DNA of 24,000 bases from Lachnospiraceae bacterium KGMB03038 (GCA_007361935.1 CP041667.1:1350893-1374892), one strand, 5' to 3'. Positions 1 to 8,462 are shown, numbered from the stretch's first letter. The notes: generated from the sequence alone by a model not told the origin. Program-made: numbers and translations.

Positions 1-767
1 AGCTTTCTGTAATAGAAGGAGATATAAAAAGGAATTGCGCACATTTAAGAAAATTAACGGAAGCATATGCAAAAGATGACATTGATCTTTTGTGCTTTCC
101 GGAATTATGTATCAGTGGATATGAATTTGACAGTGCTAGTAGGTCAAAAGAAGAAGAAAAGTTTTTTGAGGCGTTAGCAAAGGAATACGGTATTGCGATA
201 ATGGCGGGAATTAATATTTATCGAGAGGGAAAATTCTATGATGCTGCATGCCTTTGGGATGAGACGGGAAAACTTTTAGGTGAATTTAAAAAAATCCATT
301 TGTGGGATAAAGAGTGTGATTTTTTTAATAAAGGGACCGAGCTTGCAGTAATTCCGTTTAAAGGATGGAATATTGGATTGCTGATTTGTCAAGATATGCG
401 ATTTTTTGAAGTATCGACGCCTTTGGTTAATATGGGCGCAGATGTAATTCTGTATCCAAGTGCGTGGATCAAAGGATGGAAAGAACTTTTTCTATTATGT
501 GCCAGAATGCGTGCTGCCGAAAATCAGGTTTATGTAGTGGCCTTAAACCGCGCTTCTGGAGATGTTGATTATTGTGGTGCGACTTCTGTTGTAGACCCAT
601 ATGGGAATATTGTCCAGGGAGCTATGGGAGATGGAGAAACATACATAAGAGCTGTGATACGGAAAGATAAGATTCGGGAGACAAGAGAAAAATTAGAATG
701 GGAAAGTTTAAAGCTTCCTGATATTTATGAAAAGTACGAGCAATACAGATTTAGAAATGCAAAATAA
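1..767 (+). CDS. Carbon-nitrogen hydrolase (nitrilase-superfamily amidohydrolase), 5' end cut by window edge
   Basis: The track starts this ORF at a TTG (nt 90), but the same frame is open back to nt 3 (LSVIEGDIKRNCAHLRKLTEAYAKDDIDLL then CFPELCISGY), so the gene enters from upstream. Family-typical Glu/Lys/Cys triad contexts are present: CFPELcisGY, FKKIHLW, GLLICQDmrF. AENQVYVVALNR block near the C-terminus. Confidence 0.85.
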   Translation, partial: LSVIEGDIKRNCAHLRKLTEAYAKDDIDLLCFPELCISGYEFDSASRSKEEEKFFEALAKEYGIAIMAGINIYREGKFYDAACLWDETGKLLGEFKKIHLWDKECDFFNKGTELAVIPFKGWNIGLLICQDMRFFEVSTPLVNMGADVILYPSAWIKGWKELFLLCARMRAAENQVYVVALNRASGDVDYCGATSVVDPYGNIVQGAMGDGETYIRAVIRKDKIRETREKLEWESLKLPDIYEKYEQYRFRNAK

Positions 768-813
768 ATAAAAAGTTACAGAAAAAATTTGAATTGAATA
801 AGGAGATATTTTT

Positions 814-1881
814 ATGGAATGGAATATTGGCGTAGAAATGAGAGATGAGTATCGCCGGCTGGAATTAGCGAAAGGAGCGATGAAACTGGTACATGATATT
901 ATGTTATGCAGACCAGGGGAGAACTTGGTAATTACTTACGATACTTGTGTGGATGAGAGGGTTGTTCATGCATTGACAGAAGCGGCATATGCAACAGATG
1001 TTATACCTACGGTTCTCTACTACCCGACGGCTGACGGATTCTATGCAGATCCGCCGCAGCCAGTGGCAGAGGCCATTGCCTGTGCTGATGTGTGGATTGA
1101 ACTGGCGTATGCTTCTATCATGCATGGGCCAGCCTATCGAAAAGCGGTAGACCAAAACGGAGCCAGGTACATTTGTGCGACAGGACTTGATACTCAGATG
1201 TTGGTAAATTGTATCGCCAAAGTAGATGTAGATAAAGTAATCGAGCTTGGAGAATATTTTAAAAAACGTTTGGAAGCAGCTGATGAAATTCATGTGATGA
1301 CCAAAAAGGGAATGGATCTCAAAGGACGATTGGGAGGACGAAAGATTCGGCATTCTGGAATTAAGGCCACGCAGAAGGGATATCCGGTTATGCTTAGTGG
1401 ACAAACGAGTTTTTGTCCGTTGGAAGAAACTATTGAAGGAATACTTGTATTTGACGGAGCAGTATTTCCGCCAGATACTTTGGGCATTCTGAAAGAACAG
1501 ATTAATATTGAATTTAAAGAAGGGCGAATTGTAGATGTGACTGGAGGAGAAGAGGCTCGAATTTATAAAGATTGGCTGTATTCTTTTGATGATCCAAACA
1601 TGCTGCGGCTGGCACATTATTCTCAGGGGTTTAATCCGGGGGTACGTGCGGTAACGGGCCGGATTGTAGAGGATGAAAGAGTGTTTGGATGTATGGAATT
1701 TGGAATTGGAAGCCAGGGGATCACTATTGGCGGCAAACATTGGAGTGCTGCTTCTCATACGGATGGCATTGTCCTGAATCCGACTATCATTTTAGACGGA
1801 GAAGTATTGGAGGAAGATGGAGTTTACAAAGATCCAGAAGTGAGGAAAATCTGTTCAGAACTGGGAATTGCGGGATATTAA
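814..1881 (+). CDS. M29 (aminopeptidase T/S)-like or NicX-like metalloenzyme family protein
   Basis: RBS AAGGAGA 7 nt upstream of the ATG. The 355-aa product has the family's C-terminal metal-site-like motifs (AHYSQGFNPG, EFGIGSQ, SHTDGIV with an H-x-D). Coding status is certain; the exact activity is not resolvable by eye. Confidence 0.7.
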   Translation: MEWNIGVEMRDEYRRLELAKGAMKLVHDIMLCRPGENLVITYDTCVDERVVHALTEAAYATDVIPTVLYYPTADGFYADPPQPVAEAIACADVWIELAYASIMHGPAYRKAVDQNGARYICATGLDTQMLVNCIAKVDVDKVIELGEYFKKRLEAADEIHVMTKKGMDLKGRLGGRKIRHSGIKATQKGYPVMLSGQTSFCPLEETIEGILVFDGAVFPPDTLGILKEQINIEFKEGRIVDVTGGEEARIYKDWLYSFDDPNMLRLAHYSQGFNPGVRAVTGRIVEDERVFGCMEFGIGSQGITIGGKHWSAASHTDGIVLNPTIILDGEVLEEDGVYKDPEVRKICSELGIAGY

Positions 1882-1903
1882 TAAATTAGTGGAGGAATGA
1901 CTG

Positions 1904-2698
1904 ATGAAAAGACGAAGACTGCTGTATTTGAAATCAGTGGCTTATGACTCTATGAATCAGGAGATTTTAGATTATCTACGGCCATTTCTTGATGAGAAGA
2001 CCGACCTTGAGGTAAAGAGTATTATCAAAGGAACTAGCCATATGGAATACCATTTTTATCAGGCCGTTAATCAAAGAGAGATATTGAAGGAAATTCTTCA
2101 GGCAGAAAAGGATGGGTTTGATGCCTGTATCATTAGCTGCTTTGATGACCCTAGTCTTTATGAAGCCAGGGAAATCTCAAAAGATATCATTGTGACAGCA
2201 CCGGGAGAAGCAAGCGCGTATCTGGCGGCTGTTTTAGGGGATAAATTTTCTGTGATTGTAGGAAGGAAGAAATGGATTCCTCAGATGGAAGAAAATATAC
2301 ATAAATATGGCCTGGGGCGGAAGCTTGCTTCTTTTCGAAGTCTTGATCTTGGAGTGCTGGAGTTTCATGAAAATGAAGCTGAAACTCGAAGTCGGATGGA
2401 GGAGGAGATCTGTAGAGCGGTAGAGGAAGACCGAGCAGAGGTGATTATTCTTGGTTGTACTATGCAGTTTGGATTTTACCAAGAGATGCAAGAAAAGTTT
2501 CATATTCCAGTTATAGATTCGATGGTAGCGGCGGTGAAGCAAGCGGAGTATCTTGTCGAGATGAAAGAAAAGACAGGATGGACATTCAGCCGAATCGGAC
2601 TGTATGAACGACCTCCGGAAGAAGAAATGAAAGCCTGGAATTTGGAACAGGTGTGTGATCTGGAAGGGCTGCTTTATAGAGAAGGAGAAAGAAGTTAA
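1904..2698 (+). CDS. Asp/Glu/hydantoin racemase family protein (hydantoin-racemase-like)
   Basis: GGAGGA RBS 6 nt upstream. Two catalytic-cysteine contexts at the expected spacing: ACIISCFDDP (Cys79) and VIILGCTMQFG (Cys185), similar to Cys76/Cys181 of characterised hydantoin racemases. Confidence 0.8.
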   Translation: MKRRRLLYLKSVAYDSMNQEILDYLRPFLDEKTDLEVKSIIKGTSHMEYHFYQAVNQREILKEILQAEKDGFDACIISCFDDPSLYEAREISKDIIVTAPGEASAYLAAVLGDKFSVIVGRKKWIPQMEENIHKYGLGRKLASFRSLDLGVLEFHENEAETRSRMEEEICRAVEEDRAEVIILGCTMQFGFYQEMQEKFHIPVIDSMVAAVKQAEYLVEMKEKTGWTFSRIGLYERPPEEEMKAWNLEQVCDLEGLLYREGERS

Positions 2699-2700
2699 AA

Positions 2701-4104
2701 ATGGAGGAAAGAATTGATGCGCTTATAAAGTCTTATCAGAACGATATGATTGAGTCATTGGAATCACTAGTTAAAATTCCAAGTGTGCTCAGTCCAGAGA
2801 ATGCGGAAGAGGGGGCTCCATTTGGACAGGAGATCAGGAACGCGCTAAACGAACTTATAAAATTAGCTGAGAAACTAGGTTTTGAAGTCAGGGACTATGA
2901 TGGTTACGCTACTGTTGTAGATTTTGGAATAAAGGGAAAGGAGATAGGAATTTTATCTCACATCGATGTGGTCCCGCCGGGGAACGGCTGGTCAAAGCAG
3001 CCTTTTGTTCCAGAAATTGAGAACGGGAAAATGTACGGAAGGGGCACGATTGATGACAAGGGCCCGTTGGTTGCCGCACTCTATGCAATGAAAGCTGTGA
3101 AGGAAAGCGGCCTGCCTATTAAGAATCATGTACGACACATCATTGGCTGTGATGAGGAGACAGGCCACCGTTGTATCAAGTATTATCTGACAAAGGAAAA
3201 AGGCCCGGATCTTGGGTTCTCCCCAGATGGGATGTTTTCTGTCATCCATGCGGAGAAAGGGATCTTGCGATTCCAGATCGAGACGGAACGTGAGTTGCCA
3301 AATCCGAAGGAACTTTGCGTGACTCGAATCACAGGCGGAACAGTTGTAAACGCAGTACCCAATATTGCGGAGGTATGGATTGGCGGTCCCAGGGAGCAGC
3401 TGGAAGAGATTCATAAGAAGTTCCAGGAAAAGATTCCCGGAGGGACTGCGAAGATAGGCGAGGGAAATCTTTATCTTGCGTTTCCTGGTGTCAGTGCCCA
3501 CGCTATGCAGCCATGGCTAGGAGAAAACGCAATTCTGTCCATGCTCCGGTTTCTAAAGGATCTGCCGTTTGCGGATTATAAGACTAGGGGGTATTTCAAA
3601 AATCTAGATGCCCTGTTTGGAGACGGCTGGGAGGGAAGAAATCTGGGAATTGCCTGTGAGGATCAGCTTTCAGGAAAACTTAGTATGAATCTGGGAATCC
3701 TGAATGTGGAAGAAAAGCACAGTGAACTGAAGGTAGATATCCGTTGTCCTGTCCATGTTGATTTGGATACAGTCTGGAAGACTATCTGTTTGACCTGCGA
3801 GAAGTATGGATTTCGCCCGGAATACTGGCAGAAACGGCCGCCGCTTTATGTGCCAAAAGATGCTCAGCTTGTACAGATTCTTCTGGATGTTTACGAAGAT
3901 GTGACCGGGACGAGAGAAGAGGCGATCACTATCGGCGGCGGAACCTACTGCCGTGATGTGGAGAATTTTGTTTCTTTTGGGCCGGTATTTCCGGGCGAAC
4001 CGGAATTGGCTCACCAGGCAGATGAATTTATTGATTTGAATGAACTGATGCAGTGCGCAAGACTATATGCGCAGGCACTGTATCAGTTGCTGCAGGTCGA
4101 CTAG
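2701..4104 (+). CDS. pepV: M20-family dipeptidase, PepV/Sapep type
   Basis: SHIDVVPPGNGWSKQPFVPEIENGKMYGRGTIDDKGP and IIGCDEETG are the canonical M20 metal-binding blocks in a PepV-like arrangement. 467 aa. Starts 2 nt after the racemase stop. Confidence 0.8.
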   Translation: MEERIDALIKSYQNDMIESLESLVKIPSVLSPENAEEGAPFGQEIRNALNELIKLAEKLGFEVRDYDGYATVVDFGIKGKEIGILSHIDVVPPGNGWSKQPFVPEIENGKMYGRGTIDDKGPLVAALYAMKAVKESGLPIKNHVRHIIGCDEETGHRCIKYYLTKEKGPDLGFSPDGMFSVIHAEKGILRFQIETERELPNPKELCVTRITGGTVVNAVPNIAEVWIGGPREQLEEIHKKFQEKIPGGTAKIGEGNLYLAFPGVSAHAMQPWLGENAILSMLRFLKDLPFADYKTRGYFKNLDALFGDGWEGRNLGIACEDQLSGKLSMNLGILNVEEKHSELKVDIRCPVHVDLDTVWKTICLTCEKYGFRPEYWQKRPPLYVPKDAQLVQILLDVYEDVTGTREEAITIGGGTYCRDVENFVSFGPVFPGEPELAHQADEFIDLNELMQCARLYAQALYQLLQVD

Positions 4105-4121
4105 AATTGTAAAATTTCAAG

Positions 4122-4159
4122 AAAGTGGTGTTTTGATGTGTCAAAATGCCACTTTTTTT
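4122..4159 (+). terminator. Rho-independent terminator ending the 1-4104 operon
   Basis: aaagtggtgttttga (4122-4136) pairs with tcaaaatgccacttt (4141-4155), including two G-U wobbles, around loop tgtg. A T-run follows to 4159. Confidence 0.8.
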
Positions 4160-4204
4160 CTTGTTAGTCAAAAGATATAATGAAAGTATAAGGCAGGTGA
4201 TGAA

Positions 4205-5191
4205 ATGGAGATTGCGGCAGAAAGAGGAGAAAATTGGGCGGAAAGAACCAGTGGTCGGCAGAACAGAAAGAAAGACTGGAATCTGGCGTTTCTGGGTTTT
4301 GGAGCTGTCTTGTTCTTGCTGACAGTCAGTTATGGCATGATAAGACAGACGGAGCAGCTGATACCTTTGGATATGGGAAGGACAGGAGGAAAACAGACAC
4401 AGTTGGAAACCGATTGCCTGACAGTTATTGGAACGGCCGTACCTGACGGGAAAAGCATTGTGGAAAAGGCGGCAGTAGATAGGAGCGTATTCTTTGCGGC
4501 GCTTGGGAGTGCAGAAGAGGAAGGAAAGGGTGTTCCAGGGACTGGAAGGGCAAATATGGAGCCGGAAGGGCGCACAGAAGGCCAGACCATAAACAGGGGC
4601 TCTTCGCTGGTGGAATCCACAGCAGAAGAGAAAGAGGAGTCCCCTCCGGTTCCGGCGGAAATAGCATTGATTCTATACGGAAACGGCGGATTGCCAGAAC
4701 GTGCGGATTATATGTTTGAACCGGGAACTTTCAATTTGGAAGAGGTAGAGGGGCCAAAGCGCCTGGGTAAAATCTTTGACGGATGGTATCTGGATCCAGA
4801 GTGTACAATGCCTTTTTCCGGAAGGATGGAGGAGGGGACGGCGATAGAATTGTACGCTGGATGGAAGGAATTTCCGGGGTATATCTGTGATGAGATGGGA
4901 TATGTGATCGGCTGTTCCGATATAGGATTCGTATTAACGGATGGCTTGGTGGCGCTTCCTACCCATGAAAGCTGTGTGGGGCTCAGGGCAGGAGCGTACG
5001 CCGGGGTTGAGGAAGAAATTTTCGAGGTGTATGTGCCGGCCAATATCACAGAGATTGAAAAGGGCGCCTTTTCTTCCATGCCAAATCTACTGTTTATCCA
5101 GGTGGCGGAAGGGAATCCTGCTTATTACAGCGAGGATGGGATTTTGTATCGGAAAGATGGAAGTTTGGAAGCCATACCGCCGGGGAGATAA
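4205..5191 (+). CDS. Membrane-anchored surface protein with Listeria-Bacteroides repeat (Flg_new-like) and BspA-type LRR_5 module, paralog A
   Basis: N-terminal TM segment LAFLGFGAVLFLLTVSYGMI, then a Gly/Glu-rich linker. FDGWYLDPECTMPFSG is a Flg_new-type motif. VYVPANITEIEKGAFSSMPNLLFIQVAEGNPAYYSEDGILYRKDGS is a BspA-type LRR_5 unit. RBS AGGTGA upstream, and a TATAAT at 4176-4181. Confidence 0.7.
   Translation: MEIAAERGENWAERTSGRQNRKKDWNLAFLGFGAVLFLLTVSYGMIRQTEQLIPLDMGRTGGKQTQLETDCLTVIGTAVPDGKSIVEKAAVDRSVFFAALGSAEEEGKGVPGTGRANMEPEGRTEGQTINRGSSLVESTAEEKEESPPVPAEIALILYGNGGLPERADYMFEPGTFNLEEVEGPKRLGKIFDGWYLDPECTMPFSGRMEEGTAIELYAGWKEFPGYICDEMGYVIGCSDIGFVLTDGLVALPTHESCVGLRAGAYAGVEEEIFEVYVPANITEIEKGAFSSMPNLLFIQVAEGNPAYYSEDGILYRKDGSLEAIPPGR
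4661..5191 (+). repeat. Copy 1 of a diverged tandem duplication (C-terminal domain of paralog A)
   Basis: My hand alignment of aa 153-328 of paralog A with aa 140-316 of paralog B gives 132 identical of 176 aligned positions with no internal gaps. The DNA is visibly similar, and many of the differences are silent. Confidence 0.8.
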
Positions 5192-5255
5192 GACGAGCGG
5201 GAGAAGGAAGTTTCGGAAAAAACGGAATATGTGTTATATTGAGTGAGAGGTAGGG

Positions 5256-6206
5256 ATGGATATGGAAATAGTACTGGAACGTTGGAAAGTGCTGCAGGAA
5301 TCGAAAAGAGCAGAAACGTATTGGAACCGGCTGGTCTTGTGGCTGGAAATAGGGCTGTTCTGTCTTTTGGCTCATTGTATGACAGGATTTCAGACGTTTG
5401 CCCTGGAGCTTCAGCTTCCTGTATATGACCAGTGGGAGACAAAGACCGATCAAATAAATGTGCTGTCAAAGCTCCCTGAAAAGGAGAGTTTTGGAAGAAA
5501 TAAGGAGTGGATTGAGAAGGCGGTCAATTTGCCTTTGGCGGAAACGGCTGCTCCAACAGCGCGGGAAGAGGCCAGGGAACGAGCCGGCGGCCGGAAGGTT
5601 CCAGCTTCTGTGTCCGCGCTTTCAGACAGAACAATGGAAAAAGTGTCAGAGGAGCCGGCGGCTGTCACGGATATCCAGGTGATTATCCACGGAAACGGAG
5701 GACAGCCGGAGCGAACGGAACAGATTTTTGAAATTGGCACATTCAGCCTGGAAGCGTTAGAGGAGCCCAAGCGTTTGGGAAAAGCGTTTGACGGATGGTA
5801 TTTGGATCCGGAGTGCGAGATGCCGTTTTCGGGGGCTGTGCAAGAGGAAAAGGCTGTGGAATTGTATGCGGGGTGGAAGGAATTCCCCGGATATTTTTGT
5901 GACGGTACGGGGTACGTGAGCGGTTATTCGGATAGGGCGCTGGTATTGACAGATGGCTTAGTAGCGCTCCCTGCCCATGAAAGTTGTGTAGGACTGAGAG
6001 AAGGAGCATATGCGGGAATCGAGGAAGAAATATTTGAAGTGTATATTCCAGCCAATATTACAGAAATTGAGGCGGACGCGTTTTCAGCGATGCCAAATCT
6101 GCTGTTTATCCAGGCGGCGGAAGGAAATCCTTCATACTATAGTGAAAATGGGATATTGTACCATAAAGACGGAAGCTTGGCGGCGATGCCGATGGGGAGA
6201 GGTTGA
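5256..6206 (+). CDS. Membrane-anchored surface protein with Flg_new-like and LRR_5 modules, paralog B
   Basis: TM segment LVLWLEIGLFCLLAHCMTGF. C-terminal 177 aa are colinear with paralog A (FDGWYLDPECEMPFSG; VYIPANITEIEADAFSAMPNLLFIQAAEGNPSYYSENGILYHKDGS). Confidence 0.7.
   Translation: MDMEIVLERWKVLQESKRAETYWNRLVLWLEIGLFCLLAHCMTGFQTFALELQLPVYDQWETKTDQINVLSKLPEKESFGRNKEWIEKAVNLPLAETAAPTAREEARERAGGRKVPASVSALSDRTMEKVSEEPAAVTDIQVIIHGNGGQPERTEQIFEIGTFSLEALEEPKRLGKAFDGWYLDPECEMPFSGAVQEEKAVELYAGWKEFPGYFCDGTGYVSGYSDRALVLTDGLVALPAHESCVGLREGAYAGIEEEIFEVYIPANITEIEADAFSAMPNLLFIQAAEGNPSYYSENGILYHKDGSLAAMPMGRG
5673..6206 (+). repeat. Copy 2 of the diverged tandem duplication (C-terminal domain of paralog B)
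   Basis: See copy 1. The N-terminal anchor and linker regions of the two genes are not alignable by eye. Confidence 0.8.
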
Positions 6207-6222
6207 TCTGAGAAAGTGTTTC

Positions 6223-6257
6223 AAAGGGGCTGGAGCGGCTGGCGCTCCAGCCCCTTT
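6223..6257. terminator. Bidirectional hairpin terminator between convergent genes
   Basis: aaaggggctggagc (6223-6236) is the perfect reverse complement of gctccagccccttt (6244-6257). A/T-rich on both flanks. It lies between the stop at 6206 (+) and the stop at 6273 (-). Confidence 0.85.
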
Positions 6258-6272
6258 CTGTTAGAAAATGTT

Positions 6273-8273
6273 TTACAGGTATCCGTGCTTTTCCAAGGTG
6301 TTCAGGATATTGCGGCCTTCGTCAGTACCTTCAATGATCCTTCTGGCGCGGACGCTGTCGCCTATATTAACGATCTCTACCTTATTATCATCCTCGAATG
6401 TCTTTTTAAGATCAGCCAGCACCGGGGCGTTGGCTTTCATGCCCAGACAGACGAAGCCATAGTCGAAGTCCAGTACTTCCTGCCCTTCTTTGGTCTCTAC
6501 CAGGAAAGAGTCCGGGCGTACTTCCTTGAGCGCGGTATTTGGCATCTGGCGTACACCATATTTCTCCATTAAGGTGAAAGTACCTACCTTTGAGATTGGA
6601 TCGATGCCGTTCCCAATGGCGGGGAGCATCTCTACAATAGAGACCTGGGCTCCTTTAGGGGCAAAGAATTCCACTACATCAAGGCCAACGGCTCCGCCGC
6701 CGATCACAACAACTTTCTTTCCCTTCATGTCTTTCGGGTAATCCTTGATCTGAGAGATCATATCAAAGATGGAGTATACATGGCTTCCTTCTTTGCCCAG
6801 GTTTTCATGGAGACCGGGAATCGGGGGCAGCAGGGGTAGGGAACCAGTGGAGTTGACGATAATGTCAGGCTTCAGGTTTTTTACAAAGTCGGCTGTGGCA
6901 TCTGTTTCGGTAAATACAAATAGATTTTTGAGTTTTTGCGCTCGATGGATCAAATAGTTGGGGAAGTCTGCCAGCCGTTTTTTGTCCGGGATTTTGGAAA
7001 TTTCTGCCGCAAGTCCGCCAAGATAAGGTTTCTTTTCAATAAGGAAGGTGGTGCAGCCTACTTCCGCGGCAGTACAGGCGGCTTCCAGTCCGGCGGTCCC
7101 TCCGCCGATGACGGCTACATTGCACGGCTTGGAGATCTTTTGCTTTTTATATCCTTCTCCAGTGGGCACGGCTGGGTTTACCGTACAGCGGATGGGACGG
7201 TTGATGCCGATGCGGTTTCCGGCGCAGCCGATGTTGCAGGAAATGCATTTCCGGATATCGCAGATATCTCCAAATTCCACTTTATTTACCCAGTCTGGAT
7301 CCGCGATAAGACCGCGGCCCATTCCAATGATGTCCGCATCCCCTTGGGCCAGGATGCGTTCCGCGACGTGGGGATCCCGGATATTTCCGGTAGTGACGCA
7401 GAGCTTTCCATATTTTTCTTTTACGGCTTTCGCCATGTAGGAACGCCAGCCATCCGGCAGATAGTTGGCATCGATCTGGTACTGGAGGGAACCATTCAGA
7501 CCCGCGGATACGTCGATCACATCCGCCTCTTCCTGGAAATACTGGAGATAGTCCAGGGTGTCCTCCAGAGAGTTGCCGCCTTCTAGAAATTCATCCGCGC
7601 TGATCCGCACAAAAACAGGAAAGAAAGGCCCTACCTGCGCCCGGACTTCCTCCAGGACCATACGGGCGAAACGCGCCCGGTTTTCTGGAGTTCCTCCGAA
7701 TTCATCAGTCCTGTGGTTTGTGAGAGGAGAGAGAAACTGACTAAGAAGGTAGGAGTGGCCGGCATGGACCTCTACCGTGTCAAAACCCGCGATCTGCGCC
7801 CTTTTGGCCGCTTCACCGTATTTTTTGACGATGCGCAGGATCTCTTCCTTCTTCAGAGGACGGGGAACATCGCCGCCTTCTTTGGAAGGAATATCGGAAG
7901 CGGATACTGGCTGCATGTTGGTTCGTACGGATTGGGCAGAGGCGCCCGCGTGGTTGATCTGGATCCCAATGCAGGCGCCGTGTTTGTGCACCGTCTCCGT
8001 CAATTTAAACAAACGGGGGATGTAGTTGTCGTGGTCGATTCGAAGATGTGTCGTTCCGTTGGAACCCTCCGGGGAATCTACACTGGCGTTTTCTACCATA
8101 ATGAGACCGGTTCCGCCTTTGGCTCTTTGTTCGTAGTAATTAATATGGAGAAAACTCATTTCTCCGCTCTGCTCCCCATAATTGGTTCCCATGGGGGTCA
8201 TCATGATCCGGTTTTTCATTGTCATCCGCCGGATAGTCAATGGTTCAAAGATATGTTTATACTCGTTTTTCAT
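6273..8273 (-). CDS. 2-enoate reductase / 2,4-dienoyl-CoA reductase (FadH)-type flavoenzyme: OYE-like FMN domain, 4Fe-4S motif and FAD/NAD(P) domain
   Basis: N-terminal old-yellow-enzyme blocks (EVHAGHSYLLSQFLSP, RTDEFGGTPENRARF). Cys cluster CISCNIGCAGNRIGINRPIRC. Two dinucleotide folds, VAVIGGGTAGLEAA and VVVIGGGAVGLDV. 666 aa, typical for clostridial enoate reductases. AGGAGGA RBS (complement of 8279-8285). Confidence 0.85.
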   Translation of the reverse strand: MKNEYKHIFEPLTIRRMTMKNRIMMTPMGTNYGEQSGEMSFLHINYYEQRAKGGTGLIMVENASVDSPEGSNGTTHLRIDHDNYIPRLFKLTETVHKHGACIGIQINHAGASAQSVRTNMQPVSASDIPSKEGGDVPRPLKKEEILRIVKKYGEAAKRAQIAGFDTVEVHAGHSYLLSQFLSPLTNHRTDEFGGTPENRARFARMVLEEVRAQVGPFFPVFVRISADEFLEGGNSLEDTLDYLQYFQEEADVIDVSAGLNGSLQYQIDANYLPDGWRSYMAKAVKEKYGKLCVTTGNIRDPHVAERILAQGDADIIGMGRGLIADPDWVNKVEFGDICDIRKCISCNIGCAGNRIGINRPIRCTVNPAVPTGEGYKKQKISKPCNVAVIGGGTAGLEAACTAAEVGCTTFLIEKKPYLGGLAAEISKIPDKKRLADFPNYLIHRAQKLKNLFVFTETDATADFVKNLKPDIIVNSTGSLPLLPPIPGLHENLGKEGSHVYSIFDMISQIKDYPKDMKGKKVVVIGGGAVGLDVVEFFAPKGAQVSIVEMLPAIGNGIDPISKVGTFTLMEKYGVRQMPNTALKEVRPDSFLVETKEGQEVLDFDYGFVCLGMKANAPVLADLKKTFEDDNKVEIVNIGDSVRARRIIEGTDEGRNILNTLEKHGYL

Positions 8274-8303
8274 AAGAATCCTCCTAAATATGTGAATAAA
8301 AAG

Positions 8304-8319
8304 GGAAAGAGGTTGTTTA
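8304..8319. promoter_or_regulatory. Candidate operator element, copy 1 (GGAAAGAGGTTGTTTA)
   Basis: 15 of 16 nt identical to 10332-10347, with an exact 13-mer AAGAGGTTGTTTA at 8307-8319. A partner half-site TTAACAA lies at 8340-8346. Located in the reductase/LysR divergent region. Confidence 0.3.
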
Positions 8320-8362
8320 CTGACAGATTTGATATTTGATTAACAATCTGTTTTCTGCTCAC

Positions 8363-8391
8363 ATTATAGGAGAAAAGAAACCAGAGGACAA
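8363..8391 (-). promoter_or_regulatory. Candidate sigma-A promoter for the enoate-reductase gene
   Basis: On the minus strand: TTGTCC (complement of 8386-8391), a 17-nt spacer, then a perfect TATAAT (complement of 8363-8368). This predicts a 5' leader of roughly 70-80 nt. Confidence 0.45.
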
Positions 8392-8462
8392 ATATATATA
8401 TCATGGGAAATCTATAGAAATGGACTATGAATTGTGCTATTTTATATAAAAGGAGGGATTCG

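Noticed and set aside
904-1758. 284-aa minus-strand ORF inside the M29/NicX-like gene. Similar antisense or overlapping ORFs occur at 2992..3501, 6936..7586, 7713..8339, 8469..8987, 9587..10087, 12311..12913, 14609..15007, 15295..15771 and 17748..18257.
   Set aside because: Each is embedded in or antisense to a gene with clear family motifs and proper translation signals. The products are low-complexity and lack an RBS.
814-1881. Reading the NicX-like protein plus racemase-superfamily protein plus amidase as an aerobic nicotinate (nic) degradation cluster
   Set aside because: NicX is an O2-dependent dioxygenase and the organism looks like a strict anaerobe. The H-x-D motif is shared with M29 aminopeptidases, so the sequence cannot discriminate by eye. 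No nicAB/nicC-type hydroxylases are present.
8427-8462. Longer N-termini suggested by the track for LysR (8427), ydiB (10365), dctQ (13263) and the VWA gene (18597 TTG)
   Set aside because: In each case a downstream in-frame ATG (8463, 10380, 13275, 18612) has a better-spaced GGAGG-type RBS and gives the family-typical N-terminus. The upstream starts overlap the RBS itself.
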